The notes under the pieces were generated by a model. That model worked only from the letters and a program-made list of their open reading frames with translations, had not been told where the DNA came from and ran no database searches. From Ascidiella aspersa (taxonomy: Eukaryota): 64,000 bases of DNA. Below, piece by piece: positions 40,258 to 60,800 of the stretch. The translations under genes and the position numbers were made by a program. The stretch spans positions 16,492,001 to 16,556,000 of the forward strand of contig OZ004610.1 in assembly GCA_963924565.1 (NCBI GenBank), written 5' to 3'. How positions within the stretch are numbered: the stretch's first letter is position 1; each line of letters starts with the position of its first letter.

Positions 40258-40767
40258 AGCAAGTTTCATTTCAAAATATTTGTATGCATGCCTATACGAT
40301 TTTATTTAATTTGTTAAGTGTAAATCATGCATTGCATACTCCCGAGATTTTTCACGTGTAAAGATAGAAGAGCTAACTCTATTATAAAATTTGAGTACAT
40401 TACAAATTTACAAGTGAATTGTTTTGCAGTTTTTTAACTTCGAATTGCAAAGCTTCATGCTTCGCTGGTGAGTTAAGTCAAAGGCTATGTGATTTCTATA
40501 TAAACAATTGAGTCTTTTGTAACATTCTAGAATAAAACACATACTTAAAGCTGCTTGAGTTTTATTTTTTATATTTTTAATAAATTCAATACACACAAGT
40601 AACAATAATGTGCTGCTGTTTGGAAGTAAATAGTTTAATCAAAACCAGTCGACCGTGACAACCTCTTTCCTTGGTTGACGTATTTTATATACAAGTAATC
40701 CAAAAGAAAGAATGCTGAAGTTTGTGTGGCGCGAGATTCAAAACGACTATACAAGTACATAGGAAAC

Positions 40768-50852
<10,085 letters not shown>

Positions 50853-51120
50853 AATTAAAACCCTTTGCTCTTTTAACCTGCACTAGGCTTCTGCAAGAGG
50901 TGATCGCTTTCTGCCCCTGTCATATATGCGTGAGTGAAATGTTAAGGAAAGTGTTGTAAGAAAATATCAGTTTAATAAAGTAAACCAACAGTGCCTCACA
51001 TCATGGTTGGGTAATTATTGTGTTGAATATTTTTTAATTTTTGTTTTATTTTTTAAATTGTCTCACTGTCTTTTTATTATTTTAAATCAGTGGTACTAAT
51101 TGTTAATTAATCTTTTATTG

Positions 51121-51587
51121 TATGCATCATGCTTCCTTAATGTGTAATGGGATAACTTTTTTTAATCTTTATTTCTGTATAATATTTGGACTTGTTATTT
51201 GCTATATTAGTTATACAATGCTGCACTGCTGTAAATATAATGTTATTAATGTAATCCGTTTTTTTTTCTTAAGTAATAACAATCGTAAGGACACGGTGTA
51301 AACCCAGAATAACGTAAGAAGTGCATTTAAATATCATAGTTTTTATATTATGCATCATGCTTGCTTAATGTGTCATTGGATAACCTTTTTTTAAATTTTA
51401 TTACGACTTGTTTTTCGCTATATTAGTTATACAATGCTGCACAACTGCTGCACAATATAATGTTATTAATGTAATCCGTTTTTTTATTTTTCTGAAAAAG
51501 CAATCACAACGTAGGACAGTAATAACAATCGTAATAACACAGTGTAAAACCAGAATAACGCATAGAGTACATTTAAATACCATAGTC
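51121..51587. repeat. Tandem duplication of a ~230-bp unit in the DUSP23 3' UTR
   Basis: 51121-51343 and 51349-51587 share tatgcatcatgctt, gctatattagttatacaatgctgcac, aatataatgttattaatgtaatccgttttt, agtaataacaatcgtaa and catttaaata. Confidence 0.9.
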
Positions 51588-54500
51588 TTAGGATCTCTTA
51601 TCCCTCAAAAAACGATAATACTGTGCAATTGCTTTTTCTTGCTCTGAAGATTCAACCGAATGAGGTCTTAGTTTGCGAATTTCCTGTAGAGCATGGTCGG
51701 CAGAAAAGTGCTTTACTTTTACCAGGTAACAGGCAAGCATAGTTCCTGTCCTTCCTTGTCCATCTGTGCAGTGCACAGCTACAGCCTACAGAATTTAGCT
51801 GTATGTGTTACATTGTAACAAATAGGCAGTTTATTAAAAATAAACATTTTAAGTTTTGACAAGGTAATACTATCAAAGCCCATACAGAAGACACGGTTCT
51901 TAACTGGTGCGCAATGGAAGGCTGCCAGGTGCGCCGGTGGGCAGAAAAAGAAAATATTTCAATACATATTTTTTTGAAATTTTCTATTGTGCTTAGCTCA
52001 TTAATTCCACCGGTCTTTAAAGGTAAACACAAAATAAGACATATATAAAGCAGCAATATCTAAAACAGAATAATCTATATTGCCATAGTATTAAGACAAC
52101 CAACATTATAAAGCTAAATTTGCAGTAATAACTGTGGAATAAGATATAACAACATATGAATATGCCATAAAAGGGCCGAAATCAGTCCTAAATTGACAAA
52201 ATCACACTTAAATTTGAGAGGGTATGGGACTATTGAGGGACACCTTTCTGGCATCAACCGTTTTGTTGTCGATGTTTGTATACGGCAACGCTGTTTTGGC
52301 ACCTGATTGTTTGCCTCTTCAAGGGGTGGGGTTAGATGAAAGGTTGTATATAGGCCTTAACCATGTATAATTTCAATGTTGATGTTGTAGGAAAAAAATA
52401 TGCCTAAATCATTTTGCGCTCGCTTCCCTCACCGGTTCGTTGTCACATTTTTAAATGTCTCTAGGTGCGCCCAGAAGTAAAAAAAAAGGTTAAGAAACAC
52501 TGTACTAGACTCTAATACAACGGTGTCCAACCTGCGGCCGTCGATGAATAATTGTGCGGCCGTTAACACGTATTTTAATATGCATGTGTTGGCGGCCGTG
52601 ACCGTGCTGGCATGCGTTAATGGTTGATATGCTAAATGCAGATTAGAATTTTTTACGACTTTAGGGATTGTTAAATCAATGAGCTAGGCTCTTTCGCTGC
52701 ATTCTCAGGGAACAGATTACTTATGTGCGCTAAAAAAACTTTATTTCATTGATTGATTGATGCACAAAGAAATCAGTGTATGACAGGGGTAGGCAACCTA
52801 CGGCCAGCTGACCGAATCGGCTCGCCAATGTAATTTATCCGGCCCGCGGCTTCTTTGGACAAACTAGACACGAGTCTATTACAAATACTTTTTGACTATT
52901 CTAACTAGGCAAGTGCGTAAAATTTTTCGCGCTTCGCGAGAATCATATTTGAACGTTCGGTTCGTTTACGTTTTGAGGCTGTGTATCAGCGCTTCTTTAC
53001 CGTTGAACAGTGGAGAGCTGACAAGTGGGTTGCGGACAAACGGAAACCGTATTCAAAAATATTGGGCATATAATTTGTTTTCAATTTTTGGCAATGTAAT
53101 AAAAACTTGCACGAAATTTAAAACAAATGCCAGTATAAAAAAAATGCTGAATTTGGAACTTTGAGGCAGGTCTAAAATTAAACAGGTTTTTTTTTTCATT
53201 GCTGGTCATTATATTGGCTATGAGCATTAGAGCAGGGGTGGATCCAGAGAGGGCACCTAACCATGCCCCCTAAAAATATTATTTTTGACAAATTTCATTA
53301 CAAACGCTATTTTTCGCGCTTTGCGCTCACTTCTTCTATCTGTCTTTATGGTATTTTAGTCCCTTTGAAGTAAATCCGTTAATATCAAAAGTGCTATTTA
53401 TATCATGGCATATTGCGCTGCATTACAAAGAAAATCCAATTCTTACATAAATGCTTGATTGCTTGTGTTTATAACAATATGCGATTCTTTTATGTGCCTA
53501 AGCTCATTTCGATTGAATTAAAAGTTTTGCCCCAATCTTTTCGGGCTTCGCGCGACTAATTTGCATTTAGGTTCCATATTTTCCTACGTTCATTAGACAA
53601 CAAAATGTCTTTTTAAGATTAATTATGTTATGACGTCACGATTTGACAACTTTTTGAGTCATCCCCCCAAAAAATTTAACTTGCGGCCGTAAGGAAAATA
53701 AGATTGTCAATGCGGCCGTCAAGAGCTGAAAGGTTGGACACCCCTGCTCTAGTATATCATATGTTGAGAATGAATGGAGATATTTAAAACATTTAAATTG
53801 ATATTTACTTTTATATGGGCTTTGGTATTGATACTACAACCTCCGAACATTATGCTCCAACATATGCATGTAGAATTGTGAAATTTATGTCTACAATACA
53901 TATACAAAGGTAAATGGATATGTTTGCTCAACAAAACCAGTCTTAATCTTACAAAATGAGGATCCATTGTTTAATGTGCTCTTAAAAAATAATCAAGTCA
54001 TTCTACATTTAAACACAAACTATATCGGTCAAAAAAACAAAGACAGGTACAAAGAATTACCGTAAATACCTCATTTCTGTCATTAGCATCTTCAACAATT
54101 TTAACAAATTGTCGAATTTGGTTCACTGTTGGGCCGCAACAATCAGCAATTCTTATTTTTAATCTATTCAGCTTGGGCAATTGCACACTGTCCATTGCAC
54201 CAGTTGGCCTTTCTTTCATCAGCGACACACAATGACGAATTCCATTTTCATATAAAAATCTATATTGTTCTACAATAAAGGTTGAAATAAATGAACTGAC
54301 AAATTGGTTTTCAGGTTACTAAACTCTGGCAAAGTACTGAGCTATCAAAAAAAAACTTTTAGCAATCCTGCGATATACAAAATGAGTTAAAAAAGAATAC
54401 AGAGAACAATAAGCCTACCTTAAAAAGGTTTCAGCCATTCAAGCTAACTTTAGCAAGCAAGAAAAAACCAAGCTTAACTATTACAAAATGAAGTTTATTT

Positions 54501-54998
54501 CTTAATAAAAGTTTCCCTTACACTTAAAATGGACTGTATTAAAATATAATTGTATAGATTTGTATAAAATATATCCAGTTTTTATTTAAACAATTAGTTA
54601 GGATAAACATCTACTAATAAAGACAAAGATGTTGCATTAATGGTAAACATTGACATTTTTTAAACATATTTTACCTACGTGGTTTTGTAGGTGAAGCACA
54701 GCCTGCTAACCATCCAAGATCAACCCAGGAGAAGTTGTCTGGTGACTCGGAAGTGCATCTACGCCCATGTGCTTTTATAGAACAATAAAAAGTTTTGGTT
54801 TTAGTCACTAATATTGGTACACAAGCACATTAATCTGGGCTTACGAGTTGTAAATGGTCTTGGTACCACTGCTGCTGTGAAAGATTTATGTCTGCTATCG
54901 CTCTCATAGAGCTTTCGATAAGGTGATGTCACATCAGTTACCATAAGGCGGTGATGCTGCCTTAATGATGGAAATGCTGTTAAAGCTCTTGCATCCAT
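51588..54998 (-). CDS. DUSP23: Dual-specificity phosphatase 23-like, 4 exons, ~214 aa
   Basis: Exons 54998-54845, 54771-54679 (PDNFSWVDLGWLAGCASP), 54269-54070 (YRFLYENGIRHCVSL..IRIADCCGPTVNQIRQFVKIVEDAN), 51785-51588 (AVAVHCTDGQGRTGTMLACYLVK..EIRKLRPHSVESSEQEKAIAQYY). Matches human DUSP23 PPNFSWV / HCALGFGRTGTMLACYLVK. The first exon is less certain. Confidence 0.9.
52518..53746. mobile_element. Non-autonomous Buster-type hAT element containing nested MITE ends
   Basis: TIRs caacggtgtccaacct / aggttggacacccctg. TSD ctctaata / ctctagta (7/8). tgcggccgt subterminal repeats. Internal ends caggggtaggcaacctacggcc (52783) and caggggtggatccag (53233). A further MITE lies adjacent at ~51891-52502. 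Confidence 0.8.
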
Positions 54999-55260
54999 GC
55001 TTTTTTAGGATTTACTGGAATGCAATGTTTACATGAAATAACATAATTCGCCTATTACTCTAATTACACATTGAAAGTTAGAAAAAAAAGGGTTAGGTTG
55101 AACATTTAATAATCTGTTGCCTGAAGAAAGCAATTTGTTTATTTTTAATCAATTATTATAGCATAAAATATAATTTAAAAGTCCATAAGACTGAAAAACA
55201 TTTTGAAATAATAATGACCACTGACACAATTTTCAAAAAGTTACTTAAAATAAATGTATT

Positions 55261-56496
55261 TTAATTGTGAGAAAATTTCATAATAATTTCATCCAGCTTT
55301 TTGGGCGCCCAGTCTGGGTGTACAGCAGTGATTTGATCAACTATGGTATTAACCTCAAGACAAAGTGCTTGAATTTGGTTATCCCATGTGGGCAGAGTTT
55401 CTCGCTTTTCAAAGTACACAATTCCATCTATTTGATCAATAGAGCCCTTCATTCTTCCTTCACATATCATTTGTGAAGCTATTTTTTCAGCCATTTCATG
55501 AGGAATTTCTAACAGTGCACCCAGTTCTGTAAATCTAATGTTGTTGTACAGCTTACTTGCTGACAACAGATTGTGTTCAGTGATTGCCCGGTTAAGAATG
55601 TTTGATCCGTCTGCCGTCACAGCCTTTTGATGGGACATCAGTTGTTTGGAAAATTCCTGAACCTCATCATATTTTATAATGCGATCTAGATACATTTTTT
55701 CCAAGATGCTGAAGGCTGGAAGAAGTTGACACCGTTCATCTTTGAATAGTGTAGCAAGCATTCTAGATCTCTGTTGACCAGCTGGAGCCAAAATTGCACA
55801 ATGAAGTGCTTTCTCCAATGCTTTGGTTCGTTCAGTTTCGTGTATTGCACTTTTGTAAGATAGTTCATTATATCTTTGAGCAGCCTCTATGAACTTGCGA
55901 CGGTAATCCAGAACCCTTGCATAACACACCTTATAATGTATTTGTAGTTCTTCATTAAAGGTTTCACTTTGTAGCAATGAGGCTCTATTAATATATGCTT
56001 CAGCTTGTACGGGGTCTTCATCCTCCAAAAACAACCTTGCTATGGTCAAATAGGTTTCAAGCTTATAATCAAGACTATATTGCTTTTGACCAGACTCAAT
56101 TGGTATACCTACAAGCATTAGAGCAGCATTCCTCCACTTCTCTTCTTGTTCAAATATATTTGCAAGGTGTTGGCGAATTTGGGCAACCTGTTCTTCAAAG
56201 GATATAACCCTTGGTTGAATACGTTCCAGTGCAAACAGGGACACTTCTTTGCAAGACTGATTGTCAATCCCTGTCAGACTTGAACAGAAATCAGTGAGGA
56301 GTTGTCTTGAAACCATTTGACTGACATTTTCATTAAGCATTGCATCCATGAATGCCTTCAACCCTTCAATCCTTTCGATGCCTTCCAATTTGAAGCATTT
56401 TTTAAGTATTTCTTGGTATCTGTTGGTAAGATCCTTATGTGAACTACTTGCAGCTCTTCCAAGTACATTTAAATCAGCTTTAATGTTGGTTGCCAT
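55261..56496 (-). CDS. COPS4: COP9 signalosome subunit 4 (intronless CDS, 411 aa)
   Basis: Uninterrupted ORF from ATG 56496. Motifs [99 protein letters not shown] (PCI domain). Confidence 0.97.
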   Translation of the reverse strand: MATNIKADLNVLGRAASSSHKDLTNRYQEILKKCFKLEGIERIEGLKAFMDAMLNENVSQMVSRQLLTDFCSSLTGIDNQSCKEVSLFALERIQPRVISFEEQVAQIRQHLANIFEQEEKWRNAALMLVGIPIESGQKQYSLDYKLETYLTIARLFLEDEDPVQAEAYINRASLLQSETFNEELQIHYKVCYARVLDYRRKFIEAAQRYNELSYKSAIHETERTKALEKALHCAILAPAGQQRSRMLATLFKDERCQLLPAFSILEKMYLDRIIKYDEVQEFSKQLMSHQKAVTADGSNILNRAITEHNLLSASKLYNNIRFTELGALLEIPHEMAEKIASQMICEGRMKGSIDQIDGIVYFEKRETLPTWDNQIQALCLEVNTIVDQITAVHPDWAPKKLDEIIMKFSHN

Positions 56497-56769
56497 TATA
56501 AAACAGACCAACTTGCAAATACGATGATATAACGACCGTACAACCTGATAATATAAACATCGAGATCAAAATATTCTACAACATATAGTTGTAAAATATC
56601 CCAGACAAATTAATGCAAATTCGCAGTGAAAATGTGATAGGATCCGTGCAAAAATATAAAAATGTCCGGTCTAAGACCACAATACATTGGATGCCAACCC
56701 AATGTTTTAAAAGTCAAAAGCAATTAAAAAATAGTTTGAACCAAACCCTAACTTTGTTTTAAATTTGTA

Positions 56770-56940
56770 GCTTACTTGTTTTCTCCGGGACATTTACCCT
56801 GTACGTACACCTTTCACGAATAAAATTTGTTATGCTTCAAGTCACGGTTGAACGCCGACGACCCATGGTAACGTTGTGCGAAAAATATAAAATTGATACT
56901 TTGCTCTACGCTTGAAAAGCGTCAAACTGCACTTAGGTAA
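56770..56940. promoter_or_regulatory. Bidirectional promoter COPS4 / STPG3-like with an RFX X-box half site
   Basis: Local CpG-containing patch between a minus-strand donor (gtaagct, ~56776) and a plus-strand donor (ag|gtaaga, 56937). CCATGGTAAC at 56863-56872 matches the right half of the X-box GTTNCCATGGNAAC. Confidence 0.45.
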
Positions 56941-57880
56941 GACGGGCTTTGCTAAATGTGGAAAACAGAGATAATAAACTATTTCTTGGTGAAGGTCTTT
57001 TTCAAAAAACACTAACAAAAGCTTTGCTGTATTGCCTATAGCAATAATCTGAGTTGCCTAAAATAGGCTCCACTAATTAAACCAAAATTGGAAATTGGTA
57101 TAGAGAATATTTTTTTTTCGAAATAAGATAAAAATAGGAGTAGTACTAACAGTTAATCATCAAAAGAAAGTGTACACAAAATTTTCTGAACCCCAGATTG
57201 GAAATTTCACGGGAAGATGTTTAGCAGCTTGAAATTGCGTTATTGTAATCAAGTTACTAGCAAAATTTGCACGCTGTTATAAATTAATACTAAAAAGTAT
57301 TATTAAGCCTTTAGTGTTTCATGCTTTCCAGCTCAAGTTCAACGGATCACAAATTAAAATTCCTTGTCAATCACAACTAATGACAAATTGGCCACTTCTG
57401 TATATTAGATAAGTTGTTCCTGGTCTCCATATTGTTACAGGTGCTCACCCTAAAGTTTTTAACGCAAGTTCTGCGTAACTTGAAGTAGCCACTTACACAC
57501 CTAAGTTCTAAGGTTATGAAATGCAGACTGGAGTTTTAAAACCAAACGTTTAGGAAGCACTATTGGAATATCTTTATTTACCAAAATAGTACAAACTTAT
57601 GATTAATTATATCAGAAGTTTATGGTGAATGCTTACCCATTGTTATTTTAACAAAATAAATTTAAATCACTGCTAAAGAAAAAGGTTTTCATATATATTT
57701 GCAAACAAAGCAGTACAGATGCTTATAAACGTCATTCAATATCATCGGACCCTAAAAGGGTCAACAAAATTGAAGGATGGCATTGTGGTTAAGCATGGAT
57801 ATTTGCTATACTTACCTCATTACATAGTAACTTATTCGTAATTACATAAATATATATATATATATATTATTTGTTTAGAA

Positions 57881-60800
57881 ATGGAACCGCCTCCAGTTAT
57901 GGATGTTGATATTGACACAGAAGAAAATCGTATTTTAATGCAAGCAATTCAGCAGTCAGGTCTCGCAGATGTGTTTGCAGAAACCCCCTCAGCCCCTTTG
58001 CAGCAACAGTTGGAAAATCTTGACGCAGAAATGGTTTCTAGAGATGGTGCAGACAGTGGTAAGGTGTTGTATAATGTATAGCTTTTAAACATAGAATAAA
58101 AATCAATCGTAACACTACTTTTTTAACTTAACTTTTTCAGGAATTGATGTAAAACTTGAAAGTCCTTTTCCTAAACCACCTGCAACGGCAGAGCACAGAG
58201 TAAAGTCAACTCAAAATATACAATTAATGACTTCTAGAGTAAGTTAAGACAACATGTTAGGATATGGTCTTGTTTATTGCCTTATTATGTTTATTTATTT
58301 TTCTAAGGTGGCTGGATACAAACCTAAATCACCATGTTTTCATCCTGATCAAAACTATAAAAGATGGATTTCACCTCAATCAACACGGTTGGGTACCTAT
58401 CCTATTATCTAATACATAAAAAATTAAATATTTGATTCTAATATGACACAGCAAAACATGGTGAGATAGAAAATCCTCAGTGATGTCTTACATACAAAAG
58501 ATTTTTTTTAAATAGATAAATTTAATTCCTTGAAGTGTCATGCCTACCATGTTTTTTCACAGCCAACTGGATCCAGGCACACAGCAAAGACTTATGAGAA
58601 TGGCAACTGTTTCTGCAAGGTATATTACAACTTACATAATATTATGTGATTTTATTTCCATAGATGTAATTCTGTTGTGTATTGACTGCAGTTACTGTTT
58701 GAAAACATTTTTGATTTTATTTGTATTACTTATCTTCAGGCGGAGGCCAAGTTCCTTGTTCAGTGATGATCCATTAAAATTACCAGGAAAACTAATCAGT
58801 ATTTATGCTTTATTTTTTTTTAAATCATTGTATTTAATATTAAAATAAAATTAACAAGTTTAGTAATAATCCTATAACAAAAAAGTGATGTATTTCATTT
58901 TGTAATAATGTTTTAAAAACTTAAGAGAATTAATGATTCTAATATATTTGTGGATAACATTGCATAAATGGTAGAGGTATTTCACATTGTCCCTATTATT
59001 TAATGTCAAGAAACTGAAATAACACAAGTATTTATACCACAGCATGGCATGAGGCAACGCAAAGTCGCCCACCACTTCGCATTGACATGTCAGGTCCAAG
59101 TCCAACAACATATTCACCAAGAAATAAACCTCTTTATGAAACGAATGCCCCAGCATACTCATTTGGACGCAAAGAAGCAGAGAAAGGTACTCTACCTAAA
59201 TGTTTACTATTTTTCCTTCAATGCAGTTTATTTACGTTAGGTATTTATACATTTGGTCATAATACCGATTTATATTTATAGAACATTTTTTTCCAAAAAA
59301 TACCGCTTTCAGTTAGGCTATGACCAATGCCACCGATGCGATTTACAGATAACTTTTTTAAAAACCTTTGACTGCTTGATGGACATAAATTATTTTAAAT
59401 GCAAAAATATTAGCCGTATACAGTTTGTTTTAACAGTTTATTAATGTAGAGGGAAGTGGACAGAAAGCCTGGTCGAAATTATGGTTCAGATCACACAGTC
59501 CATTTACCCACAAAACTAACTACGAGCTTCGATGGCCAACTGCCCCTCACTATCAACAAAAGTCAATGCTTGGACCCAAACAAGCATGCAGACCTGGATT
59601 TCCCAGTCACAGCATTGGTAAGAAAGTTAAAACCGTTAGTCTAAATTTAAATACACAAAATACGAGTGCAATACGTTAAAAATGATAACTTTAGTTGAAT
59701 TTTACGGTTACGAAAAAGCTGCGTCCAACGTCAGACCAACCTGTATGTAACCCGTTTAAAATAAAAATTGCTTGCTGGTAAAACCGCTGCAATAAACGCG
59801 ACATTTTGCCTCAATTTTGTGTGGTTAAGCACACTGTAAGAAGCCATTTAATTGTTCTCGGGAAGGTTTGTTGTACGATACCCACGTATGTTTGGGATAC
59901 GACCCATGGCGTGTAGTAGCAGTGTTTGTTCGACTTGTGTGATATTCAAGCAAACTCGTAATCTCGGTTCCAAATGGCGTACAACGTAAGAAAAATTTAT
60001 TTCGTGTTAAAAAGTGAAAATTGTTTACCTTAAAACCGCCGCAATTTACGCGATATTTTTCGTGGGCTAAACATTCTGTAAGAATTAAAAAAGATTTCAA
60101 CTTTGTGACTATTTAAAAGTGAAAATTGGTACGACGAGTTTAAAGAGTGTTGCGACGACACTCGCTTGAGACGCTCGCTTGTTGATCCGTCTTTCTTTCA
60201 TCGTAGAGGATAATTTTTTTCCAACTTATCGGCAAATTTACTAATACCGCTTTGTAATTCCACACTGTTTTGAAAACACTGAGTATAAAAGACTTAACTA
60301 AGTGATGACTTTTTTTACGATTATCAAAAAGCTGCGTCGAACGTCAAACCCGTAACTCATTTAAAATAAAAATTGCTTACTGTTTAAACTGCGACAATTA
60401 ACGCAATATTCTGCGCATTATGCCTTAATTTTGCGTGGTTACTGGTTAACCATACTGCAAGAAGTTTTAAAGTTGTGAGTCTTTACCTGGAATGTTGCAC
60501 AACATGGTACCAGACGTTCGCTAACAATACATTTTATAACATGTGATGTGTTTTTTTGCGTTTGCATGTAGCCTATTCTAAACAACAAAGTCGCTGTTCT
60601 TTCCTTGAATGTTTGCCGCTGATTGTGTCTGAAACGGGTTAACTTAATGCTTCCCCACAGTATGACTATCACCTTTTAAGGATAATGTCTATGTGAAAGC
60701 TACATTGAATCGACTGGCGTGGTATAAATTATTATCGCGATTATATGAGGAACTGTAAAAAATCAAATTAAATTCTTTGTCTCGTGAGATTAAATTACTC

